Below, one piece after another: positions 1-9,097 of a stretch of DNA of 64,000 bases. This stretch comes from Promethearchaeia archaeon. Its GTDB lineage: Archaea > Asgardarchaeota > Lokiarchaeia > Sigyniarchaeales > SOKP01. Position 1 is the first letter of the stretch. Every line of letters begins with the position of its first letter. Under the pieces are notes generated by a model. The model was not told the origin of the DNA. It ran no database searches and saw nothing but the letters and a program-made list of their open reading frames with translations. The stretch covers positions 1 to 64,000 of the forward strand of contig JAWOCD010000052.1 in NCBI GenBank assembly GCA_046483985.1, in the 5' to 3' direction. The translations under genes and the position numbers were made by a program.

Positions 1-792
1 CGAAGCTTTCTTTAGGCTCCACAAAAACAATGTGTTCTCCGTGAGATAAAAGATAAGATTTTGCCGTGCGAAAACGATAATCTTTCTCAGGAAATGTTTT
101 AGCTGTTTGAATGATAATTCATGTAAATTATTGGTCTTGGGAGCACCTTTAATCCGCTTGTAATTGAACAATAATTCACCCTTCGTTTCCATGTATTTCG
201 TAAGTTCTTTGATGATTTGGGTTTCCGCATCACCGCAGTCCTCTCTTGACTTTAATGCTGTCAATTTCTTGCAGTATACCTCCAATAATTCCAAGGCATT
301 TTCCGCTGAAACCACCTCGGCATCGAGTATATCCTTGATCTCCATTAAGTATGTTTTAATCTTTTCCAATTCTCGCTTCTTGGCTTGATTCGACTCAATG
401 AAATCATTTATCTTGATATATAACCCCCTAATGACCCTTTCATCCTCAAAGTGCTTTCCCGCAGCGTCTATCTCTGTGATAAAATCCCTTAAGAGACGGA
501 AAACGTCCATCAATCGCTAGAATAATTCTGCCCCTACGAAAAAAGGATCCTTGGGTCTCTTTTTCCAATTTGACAAGCTCCTCAAGAGGGACATGATTTC
601 CTTGGTAAAAGCAAATTTTGGTTCCCAGTGTTTCCCCTTATTGGCTTGGAGCTTTTTCTTGTTAAGATAATATAAGCCCCGAAGAAAATTTCGCGTTTGA
701 GTCATCAAGTGGCTGTCTAAAGCTTTCGGGGCCTTAAAGACGTATTTATAAAAGTGATAATGACAGAGACAATGAGGTGCCTTAGGAAATTT
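1..792 (-). pseudogene. Decayed DDE transposase (IS256/Mutator- or ISL3-like motifs), truncated at both ends
   Basis: Manual minus-strand translation gives FPKAPHCLCHYHF (CxxH motif), an in-frame TAG at 517-519, then PKTNNLHELSFKQLKHFLRKII (TNNxxE catalytic motif) and an apparent frameshift near 75. The N-terminus is missing and the gene runs off the window. Confidence 0.75.
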
Positions 793-966
793 GTATAACT
801 GTCACTATATTCTCTATAACGAACATCGTCTATTTTAACATTAAACTCTTTTGCTAAATCTATTAAAGCAGTTCGGAATTCTTCAAAATTCATTTATTTT
901 CACTTCTATATTTTCTTTCATTTTTTCTAAATCTGGAGTAAAAAATCTGTTTAATGGTAATATTTT

Positions 967-1260
967 TCATGTTACTAGATGCCCTCCTTGAAGTGTTCCG
1001 GAAATAGGTGTCATAGCCTGCCCCTTTAATTCAATATCATTAGAATGGTATATCTTTGTTTTGCGAAAATCTCGATACAAGAGTTTGCCTATGCTACCGT
1101 TTTTCTTAAAAATAAGATGCCATCCTCCGTGAGTTTCCGAACTCCATACTTCCTTCTCATTACGAGTATTTATCCACTCCCGAACTCTCTATAGTAAAAT
1201 CCCCAATTTCTCGTCAATATCCATAAGAATGTACGGCTTTCGGATTTTTCTAAAATATCT
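967..1260 (-). pseudogene. Fragment of an AEP/PrimPol-like protein, probably from a mobile element or virus
   Basis: Manual translation: RKPYILMDIDEKLGILL*RVREW...SETHGGWHLIF...DIELKGQAMTPISGTLQGG. Contains hhhDxD and T-x-GG-x-H motifs, with an internal TAG at 1189-1191. Confidence 0.45.
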
Positions 1261-1546
1261 TTTAGGATCCGTCTTAATTATTTATGCAGCATCACAAGAG
1301 ACAAAAGGAGTAGGTATTTTGAGCGCACTCATGATGGTTGGAGGATTGGCGCTTTTTTGCATTGCTCTTACAAATAATGAGAGTTTGGAATGGGGTATCG
1401 ATTTCCTTAATTTCATCACCGGAAGTGAGGACTATAATATATTTTTCGGAGAAGGAACAATGTATACATGGCGTTTAGGAAATGGATTTTTCATAGGGAC
1501 TGCTGGTGCAATAATCGGACTGATTGGAGCCGCAAAAATACCTTAA
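1229..1546 (+). CDS. Small membrane protein, probably a C-terminal fragment
   Basis: Hydrophobic helices. The first codons overlap the opposite-strand primase-like fragment, so the true start is doubtful. Confidence 0.4.
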   Translation: MYGFRIFLKYLLGSVLIIYAASQETKGVGILSALMMVGGLALFCIALTNNESLEWGIDFLNFITGSEDYNIFFGEGTMYTWRLGNGFFIGTAGAIIGLIGAAKIP

Positions 1547-1590
1547 AATAATTAATTTAGATTGTCAATAAAAAAATAAATATTCATTTT

Positions 1591-1810
1591 TTATTTCTTT
1601 CTTATATATTTTCTTTTGATTTCACCGTTTGGTTCTTCTTCTTCAAACAGAATTGCACCAAATTTATATAATTTTGTTTTTTTATCTTTCCAAGCGTCTG
1701 CTGGGAGCCATGCTTTTTGACATGTATGCTGTAAGAAGGTTTTGACATCCCAGTTTCTCCAAATATTCCTCAGGATCTTCAACTTCAATTAATTCTGGTG
1801 GAGTCAACAT
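1591..1810 (-). pseudogene. AMMECR1-domain protein C-terminal fragment with internal deletion
   Basis: LTPPELIEVEDPEEYLEK in one frame is joined out of frame to NWDVKTFLQHTCQKAWLPADAWKD...FEEEEPNG. The usual intervening GRDGL/GLLLPQV segment and the N-terminus are absent. Confidence 0.75.
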
Positions 1811-2116
1811 TACTGCCTTCTTCTATTGAAAAATGAGAACAAATTTTGTTACATAAATTTGCCAATAATATACTACCCAATAATCCACAAGATAAGCCGA
1901 ATACGACCAGAAATACAGAAGTAGAAAAGGGAGATATATTAATAGGTGGAGATTGGCAATATTTTGGAATCTGAAATGAATCATTGGAGATTTAATGATT
2001 CTGGTCACTCTGGCAGGACTTTTTAGAGAATAAATAACTAAGAATTTTGGACCCCCATCTCGACAAACGTATTCCCGACTATTTTTAAATGCATAAGATA
2101 TATTATATGTAAGATA

Positions 2117-2635
2117 ATGTCCGACGAAGATGAAAACTTGTCGAAATATAAATGCACATATTGTAAGTCAAAAGTTCCAGATGCAGATATCATGCGATTA
2201 AGAGATGAACCCGCGGAGAAGGTTTTTTGCCAATTCTGCGGACACGGAATAACGGCAAAAGAGATCGGGTTGGACACGCAGAAAAAGGAAAAGGAAAAGA
2301 AAAAGGAAAAGAAAAAGGAAAAGAAAAAGAAAAAGAAAAAAGCGTCGCATCCAATGCCGATATTTCATGGTCGGACGGGATCTTACGAAAGAAATAAGAG
2401 AGTTAGTTCAGGCGGTACCGACCGAAAACCGATACCGATACCGAAACAGGAATCCGAAAAGAAAAACGCAGGATGGAAGATATGCTGTATTTTCTTTATC
2501 GTATTGTTCGTTATCCTTATAATGGCGGAAGTTTTAAGCGGGGCAGCCTCGGATATTCTTTCAACATCGTTCGCATTCGGTTTTGTTCTGATGGTTTTTT
2601 GCTGTTTGAGCAGTAGTTGTATGAACGAAAACTAA
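2117..2635 (+). CDS. Zn-ribbon protein with Lys-rich linker and two C-terminal TM helices
   Basis: CTYC...CQFC, a poly-Lys/Glu run and two hydrophobic segments. Confidence 0.7.
   Translation: MSDEDENLSKYKCTYCKSKVPDADIMRLRDEPAEKVFCQFCGHGITAKEIGLDTQKKEKEKKKEKKKEKKKKKKKASHPMPIFHGRTGSYERNKRVSSGGTDRKPIPIPKQESEKKNAGWKICCIFFIVLFVILIMAEVLSGAASDILSTSFAFGFVLMVFCCLSSSCMNEN
2281..2341 (+). repeat. Coding purine-rich tandem repeat (AAGGAAAAGAAA/AAGAAA units) encoding KEKKKEKKK
   Basis: Directly visible 12-bp and 6-bp periodicity. Confidence 0.8.
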
Positions 2636-2907
2636 TAATCGTTTATGGGAGAATTTCTCTTTCGCACGGGGATAGCAATTCTGCTCTCCACTATTGTAAT
2701 TTTTAGCTTATTATTACTCTTTTTATCTCCACTGAATGGTACAAGTGGAATATATGTGTTTGTCTATGGATAGAGTACGATTTTTACAATCATCTCCTCG
2801 CATTTCTTCCATAAAAAGTTAAATTATTTTTTTAGGTCCAAGAACTTCTTTCGCAAATATTTTTCGCAGATCGTTAAAATATTGGGGCATCATAACTAAT
2901 AATACAT

Positions 2908-3753
2908 ATGAATACTGGAGTTTTTTATCACGATCTTTTCAGTAAAAAAGTATGGGATATCATCAATGATAAATTTCAGAATTATCCGGAAATTATGCAA
3001 GAGCAGTTAGACTTACCGGGGGTGAAACTGATTGAGCCTACCGAGATCTCCGAAGAAATTTTGCTCAAAGTCCATACACCGCGATTCATAAAAAATCTCA
3101 AAAAAAGATGGTATGCTCGCGGTGCGTTTTTAACGGTAGGAGGGTGTGTACAAGCCAGCGAAATGTTAATGGATGGAGAACTGGATAATGCTTTGACGTT
3201 TGGCGTGGCTGCAGGCCATCATGCGGAGCGGGATTCGGCGTGGGGCGGAACATATTGTTCGGTATCTGGGCCTGTAGTGGCAAATTTGGAAGAAACATAT
3301 CCAGACATCAAGATCGCTATTTTAGATACCGACTCGCACCACGGGAATGGCACTCGGGATGTCACAGTGGGGCATCAGAATGTGCTTCATGTCTGTTTCT
3401 GCTCGCAAAATCTCGAGGAGGATAAAGATACTAAAATATGTGTAGATTCGGGATTTCAAACTACTGATGAGGTCTATCTTGAGTTAGTAAAGAGTGAATT
3501 TTTACCCCGCCTAAAAGAATTTAAACCTGATATTATTCTCCATCTGTTAGGTCATGATACTGCAAAGTATGATTATGGGAGTCGGGGATTATCGAAGGAT
3601 TTTTTCTTGGACTTGGTTCGTCTCATAAAGAATCATTCTAACGGTGCCGACGGCCGTTATCTTATTAATACGCATGGGGGCTCTAACTTACAAGTCTGCG
3701 AATATATCTTTCCTAAAATAATACGCATTTTAGCCGAGCCTCAAAAGGAATAA
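2908..3753 (+). CDS. Histone deacetylase-family (Zn-dependent amidohydrolase) protein
   Basis: GHHA, DTDSHHGNGT and GHDT..D motifs; THGGS replaces the usual LEGGY. Confidence 0.9.
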   Translation: MNTGVFYHDLFSKKVWDIINDKFQNYPEIMQEQLDLPGVKLIEPTEISEEILLKVHTPRFIKNLKKRWYARGAFLTVGGCVQASEMLMDGELDNALTFGVAAGHHAERDSAWGGTYCSVSGPVVANLEETYPDIKIAILDTDSHHGNGTRDVTVGHQNVLHVCFCSQNLEEDKDTKICVDSGFQTTDEVYLELVKSEFLPRLKEFKPDIILHLLGHDTAKYDYGSRGLSKDFFLDLVRLIKNHSNGADGRYLINTHGGSNLQVCEYIFPKIIRILAEPQKE

Positions 3754-4185
3754 ACTGTTCTTAGTGACTACCGGATTTCAAGCATTTTTAAATAATTTAA
3801 CTTTATTTTCTCCCGAAGAATAGAAATATCTGAAATGAAGAATCGGTTAATTTTTATGAGGTAAGTTCTCCATCACTGAATTTTGAACGAACTCACCATT
3901 TTTTCTTTATATAGAGACAGAATATATCTTCTGTATCTCCCCACCATACCCGATACCGTCGAGATTATTCCTGGATTCAAAGGGCTCCTTAAACTTTTTG
4001 CTATAATAATGGTGCAAATAGCCGTGTTTAACTTTTTAGAGAACGATGGAAAAGGGATAATTTTATTTTTATCTTCTTACAAAAGATATAACGTTTAGTT
4101 GCTTTTTTAGGCAAAATTATAAAGTTATATATAAAAAAAACCAAATTATCTATAAAAATATTTAAAAAGACAAAGTGTAAAATAA

Positions 4186-5031
4186 ATGTCGCAAGTACAC
4201 GATATTTTAAACACCACTGAAAAAGTCCTCTGGAAGAAAACCAAGAAGAGAAATCTTGTTTCCAATTCAATTATAGGGGCCGTGTTGATAACAATCATGG
4301 GATTCATTTTTTTCATAACTATTTTTCCCGCTATTTATCCGGAATCAATCATATCCATATATTCGAACACTTTGGTAAATGATATTGGCGATATTTTATT
4401 AATTGTAGGGATTAGCGCAGAAATACTAATTCTTTTTGTACTCTTTAAATTGAGAAGACCCCGTCACCGATATAAAAAGATATTAAATGCTTCAAAAAAA
4501 GACTTAAAAGAATATACTATGTCATACATTCTTACAAATGAAAGGGCTATTGTAAAAGATGTAACGAAACTTAAAGATGCGAAGATCTATGCCGAAAATA
4601 ATTCTATTTCCTCTATTAAATTTCAAAAAGATTACATTTTTTTATATTTAAAAGATATTAAAGAAATTTTAGTAGTAGAGCAATTAAGACAAATTAATTT
4701 TTTATTAGAAAAATCTACAAAAGCGAGCTATATTCAATTTAAATTCGATAAGGAAGAGAAAGGAAGGTCAGAAATGAATGAAGTTGTTTCCGTTCTAAAG
4801 AAAAATTTCATACTAAAGAAAAAAGTATGGGAAAAAGGAATTGAAATGCGGTACAGTCTTTACTTAAGTAAAAAATCACTTGAAGATCCTGATATGGAGG
4901 AAGAGCCTGCTATTTTTGAAAATAGGTATGCAAAATTATCAAGCATATTAAAGATTTCTAGATCTTTCTTTTATTTTATTTTATTCTTTGCCATAATTTT
5001 ATTAATAATTTACTTTTATTTATTGCTATAA
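4186..5031 (+). CDS. Hypothetical membrane protein, possibly with a PH-like soluble domain
   Basis: Two N-terminal TM helices, EKVLW and YILTNERAI motifs, and a C-terminal TM helix. Confidence 0.6.
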   Translation: MSQVHDILNTTEKVLWKKTKKRNLVSNSIIGAVLITIMGFIFFITIFPAIYPESIISIYSNTLVNDIGDILLIVGISAEILILFVLFKLRRPRHRYKKILNASKKDLKEYTMSYILTNERAIVKDVTKLKDAKIYAENNSISSIKFQKDYIFLYLKDIKEILVVEQLRQINFLLEKSTKASYIQFKFDKEEKGRSEMNEVVSVLKKNFILKKKVWEKGIEMRYSLYLSKKSLEDPDMEEEPAIFENRYAKLSSILKISRSFFYFILFFAIILLIIYFYLLL

Positions 5032-5044
5032 TTTTATCATAGAC

Positions 5045-5080
5045 GGCAAAAGAAAACACCGTCCTTTAGGGCGGTGATGA
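5045..5080 (+). mobile_element. IS200/IS605-family left-end remnant (subterminal hairpin)
   Basis: GGCAAAAGAAAA-CACCGTCC-TTTA-GGGCGGTG-ATGA, similar to the copy at 20004. Confidence 0.7.
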
Positions 5081-5113
5081 CTCCGAGGGCATAACCCAGT
5101 ATATTTAAAGAGT

Positions 5114-8100
5114 CTACTCGTTCAATTTCTCAAATTCTTTTATGATGGATTTTTGCATAGATTTCCGAAGATCGAATGAGTTTAAAATTGTCGTGACATC
5201 GTCCGTGTCCAGTTCATATTGGTTAAAGATATAGGCGTCGATCTTATTGTCTAATTCTTTTATTTTGTTATCAAGTAAGATAATGTTAAAGTAATCGCTT
5301 AAATTTGGAAAAGCGGAGTCCAACCATGTTTCTACTTTTCCTTGACAATCTTTCATTATATTCTGAGTATTCTTTCTCGTTTCTAATTTTATAACGGGAA
5401 TGTCTGTCTTTGAAAGAATGTCATCCAAACTTTCAATTTTTTTCCTTGAGTTAAATAAATCATCCAATGAGAAATAGACGGTCTGCATCATAAAAATGTC
5501 TTTAAATTGCATACTGTAAAGAGTGATCTCTTCAGGACCCTTTAAGGCATAAATTTCAATTGTTTTTTTATTTAGATTTCCGGTAAACCCGAATTTAGAA
5601 TAACGTCGTTCTAAAAGTGCTGGCTCGTTTTCTGGGTAGAAACTTAGATTTTCAAACCATAGTTTATCGTTCTCATGAGTCTGTCTCAGACCCTTTTCCC
5701 TGTTTAGAATTTTTGTCAAGTTTCTGAAATGATCTTTCAGATCGGTTTTCACCTTCTGATAAATTATTTTAATTTGATCTCTTATGTTTCGCAATTTAAT
5801 GGGTAGATCTTCCTTGAAATGTGTCTCTTTCAGTGTATTTGGAACATGTATCCGCTCCAAATAGTTTGAGCGAAACTTCAGCGATTGCCCCCAAGACCCC
5901 GATTCATAGAAAAACCGATATAAATAGTTAAACATTGTCGAATTTAGGAGAAACATTAATTTTTTCATCTGGATCTCACATTCCTTTTCAGAGATAAAAT
6001 AAATGCCCCCATAAGCCACCCATCCGTTTTTCTCAATGGCGACTCTCGTCTTTGCAGATAATTCGGGAAAGACAAGCTTGGAATATAACTGCATTAATTT
6101 ATTTGAAAGAGCTCCTTCATTCTCGAATGTTTCAACATCTTTCTCTCTCTGCTTTTTCGGGTAATAAAAATAACCTTTAAACCCTCTTAGCCGATATCTT
6201 CTTATATTCTTTCCCCGAAACTCTTGAATGTAATCCTCTTTTACAGGTATATTTTCATATTCTTGCTTCGAGATCTTTTTTCCTCTGAGACCTTCGTGGA
6301 TCAACCCCTCTAAATTACCAAAATGACTAATTTTTTCAACAATATTGACCTTTACTTTTTGATCGAACAAAATATTATATTGTTGACATATCTGATATTC
6401 TATTTCGTCTAAATCCTTTGCGAATAATTTTCCCTTTTCTTTCAAATATTTTGCAGAATATAATGCGTGATTATGGTTTTCGGAAAGAAAAAGAAGACAA
6501 GGATGCACATCGGGATCTTCAAATATTTTAACCGTCTGCGCAAAATTTACTAGCCTACGAAGCGATTTATTATCCAAAATATAATCTCGGAATTTCTTAG
6601 TGGCGTCATTAGAAATAATCCTATTCGGAATGATAAAACTAAAATCCCTCCCACTCAAGTTAAAGGTCCTCTGAATAAAGAACAAATACATATCGGGTTT
6701 ACTTCCCTTTAATACTACCTCATTGTAGGTCTCTTTCAAGTACTCAATATAAAAATCGTCCAAAGTTTCACTCATTTTATCAGCACTTAAATAGGGGGGA
6801 TTTCCAATAACGACATCGAAATTTTGCTTCTGTTCAAAAATATACCAGAAATCTGTAGCCCAATGGAAGGGGACGGTAACATCAATAATTTCTTTGGAAA
6901 ATCCTCTATATTCCAAGAATTTTTCAAAGATTGGTTCCATCCCCTTATTTATATCGTGAATTATATTATCAATTCTTTCCAAATGCCCTTCAATCCGAGA
7001 ATTCTCCATATATTCTTCCCTTAATTTGTTTAACCCATCTATCTTTGACGGATATTTTGTTTTAATATATTTATAAGAAGTAGAAGGGGGAAGTCCAACC
7101 AAAGAGTCTCCATGCCGTAAATTCATTTTTAAGTCTGGCAGAATTTGCCTTTTTCCTCCTTTAATTTTATCATACCGAAACTCTTCCGGAATAAGTTTTA
7201 TCGCCTCCAACCAGATATTGAGTTTTGTTACATCTAAAGCTTTAATATCCAGATCATTCCCGTGAATATGACGTAAGATCAATGTTGAAATAAGATCAAC
7301 TTTATTTGTATGATTCAGTTTTTTTTCAATTTTGTTTATAACGGTTAATACCGGATTTTCCTCAACTTGTAATGCAGTTTGGGCTTTATCAGAAGACGTA
7401 AGCCCATCAATATGTTCAGATTTATATTCTTTTACTAACTCAATAATTTCACTATATTTTTTCCATATCAACCGAATAACTTTTATCAAAAAGGGACCAG
7501 AACCACAAGCAGGATCCAAAACTCGGAAGGTTATGATATCATTCAAGATGTCCTTAAGCCTTTCGAAATCCTCGTTTTCAAAACCTTCTTTTATTTCCTT
7601 TATTTTTTCGTCAAAAAAGGTCCCCACTGTTTCTTGTATAACATATTTTGTAATTAATTTTGGAGTATAAAATATCCCTTGCTCATCTCGAACCTCGGCT
7701 AAGTATGTCTCATATGCTTTGCCGAAGATATCTTCATCAATCTCTCGGAAATTGTAGTTTGTTATTCCTCGTTCAGAGCCGGAAAAAATACTCTGCCGTG
7801 AGGTTACTCCCAAGACCAATTCTAATTTTGAAAATAAACTTTCAAAATTTTCCTTTGTGTGAGCAATATTATCCAATAAGGAAGTTTTAAACAATTCGGT
7901 ATTATAGTAGAGAAAAAACCACTTATTCACTTTCTTAAAGAACTCTTCAATTACCGTCTTTTTCGAGATCTGATAATCCTCTACCATGTTCTGCCAGTAT
8001 TTATGAATCCACTGGAATTTAACGACCGAATAATCATCTAGAGTTTGAATAAATACAAATTTATTAATAAGATTTATAATTATCTCTATTTTTTCCTTTT

Positions 8101-8770
8101 CGCTAATATCTTTTTTAAATTCAACTGAATTTAGTTGATTTACCCAGAATTTGAGACTTTTGAAAAATAACTCGTCTAATTTCCCTTTATCCTTCCTTCG
8201 TTCAAATCGTTCAAGATCATTATATATGTTATTGGCTCCTTTAAACTCTTCGAAAAAATCTTCAAAAGAAAGCGGTTCTTCATTTAAAGATTTACCTTTA
8301 CTCCTTCTGCTGAAGATGTACCAATCCTTTAGATTTGTTAGAATAACATATTCGTTTTCTAAAGAGTGTTTTTCAATTTGTGCTTGATGTTTATTCCATT
8401 CTAATTTTTCTTGCTTGAGATACTCAATTTTACCTTTCTTGTTCTTTTTTGGTACAAAGAGCGGTTTTACTTCAAGCAAGACGGAATTATAATCTATTTG
8501 AATTTTGTAATCTATTAACCCTCCTGAAATGCTCACTTCTGGGCTCATACTTCCAAAAAAAAATTTTGCCATCACACAGTCTCCGGCAAATAAATCTTCC
8601 CTTAAGGCCGATTCTGGTAAAGATCCCGTTGATAAATCGTCTAGATATCTAATTAATCCATTATTTTTAAGATGTGAAGTTAAATTGGCAATTTCAGAAA
8701 GCTTGAGCTTTTCCTTGGGAAATAAAATCTCAAGATCTTCAATGAGATCTTTTAGTTCCTTGGTTGTCAT
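5114..8770 (-). CDS. Type IIG-like fused restriction endonuclease / N6-adenine DNA methyltransferase (Eco57I-like)
   Basis: N-terminal ID...LLEVK nuclease motif, ILTN...W, GIFYTP, VLDPACGSG (motif I), VIGNPPY (motif IV) and a TaqI-C-like target-recognition region. Confidence 0.9.
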   Translation of the reverse strand: MTTKELKDLIEDLEILFPKEKLKLSEIANLTSHLKNNGLIRYLDDLSTGSLPESALREDLFAGDCVMAKFFFGSMSPEVSISGGLIDYKIQIDYNSVLLEVKPLFVPKKNKKGKIEYLKQEKLEWNKHQAQIEKHSLENEYVILTNLKDWYIFSRRSKGKSLNEEPLSFEDFFEEFKGANNIYNDLERFERRKDKGKLDELFFKSLKFWVNQLNSVEFKKDISEKEKIEIIINLINKFVFIQTLDDYSVVKFQWIHKYWQNMVEDYQISKKTVIEEFFKKVNKWFFLYYNTELFKTSLLDNIAHTKENFESLFSKLELVLGVTSRQSIFSGSERGITNYNFREIDEDIFGKAYETYLAEVRDEQGIFYTPKLITKYVIQETVGTFFDEKIKEIKEGFENEDFERLKDILNDIITFRVLDPACGSGPFLIKVIRLIWKKYSEIIELVKEYKSEHIDGLTSSDKAQTALQVEENPVLTVINKIEKKLNHTNKVDLISTLILRHIHGNDLDIKALDVTKLNIWLEAIKLIPEEFRYDKIKGGKRQILPDLKMNLRHGDSLVGLPPSTSYKYIKTKYPSKIDGLNKLREEYMENSRIEGHLERIDNIIHDINKGMEPIFEKFLEYRGFSKEIIDVTVPFHWATDFWYIFEQKQNFDVVIGNPPYLSADKMSETLDDFYIEYLKETYNEVVLKGSKPDMYLFFIQRTFNLSGRDFSFIIPNRIISNDATKKFRDYILDNKSLRRLVNFAQTVKIFEDPDVHPCLLFLSENHNHALYSAKYLKEKGKLFAKDLDEIEYQICQQYNILFDQKVKVNIVEKISHFGNLEGLIHEGLRGKKISKQEYENIPVKEDYIQEFRGKNIRRYRLRGFKGYFYYPKKQREKDVETFENEGALSNKLMQLYSKLVFPELSAKTRVAIEKNGWVAYGGIYFISEKECEIQMKKLMFLLNSTMFNYLYRFFYESGSWGQSLKFRSNYLERIHVPNTLKETHFKEDLPIKLRNIRDQIKIIYQKVKTDLKDHFRNLTKILNREKGLRQTHENDKLWFENLSFYPENEPALLERRYSKFGFTGNLNKKTIEIYALKGPEEITLYSMQFKDIFMMQTVYFSLDDLFNSRKKIESLDDILSKTDIPVIKLETRKNTQNIMKDCQGKVETWLDSAFPNLSDYFNIILLDNKIKELDNKIDAYIFNQYELDTDDVTTILNSFDLRKSMQKSIIKEFEKLNE

Positions 8771-9097
8771 AATTTTGGGAAATCACATATCAATTCCTTT
8801 ATTTATTGATTTAGATTTGGATATTATTAAAATCTAAGATACCTAAGTTTATTAATATCATAATAAAATTCCACAAATAGAGTCTATGTAGTCCATTTCT
8901 CATTTAAATATTATTGAAGTTTCTGCTAAGATGCTCCTTATATTTTTATTTTGAATGCTCTCATAATTGAATTAAACTCATTAGGATGAGAATTATGAGT
9001 GATAGTAATATTAGAAGAATAGAAGATTTAAAAAACGAGCTCAAACAAACAGAAAAAAGTTAAGAGAGTTGAAGGAAGAATAATCCTCTATTGTGCT

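Noticed and set aside
517-1191. In-frame TAG codons in the transposase and primase-like fragments as possible pyrrolysine or stop-codon recoding
   Set aside because: Both lie in truncated relics (the transposase is also frameshifted), and TAG terminates many intact genes in this window (e.g. RM gene, cyaB, larC, S8 protease).
2645-2773. 42-aa hydrophobic ORF (MGEFLFRTGIAILLSTIVIFSLLLLFLSPLNG...)
   Set aside because: Too short to support without homology or expression data; it may be a gene remnant.
6824-8837. Numerous short ORFs antisense to or nested within long genes (here and throughout the window)
   Set aside because: These are shadow ORFs of well-supported genes and have no motifs of their own.
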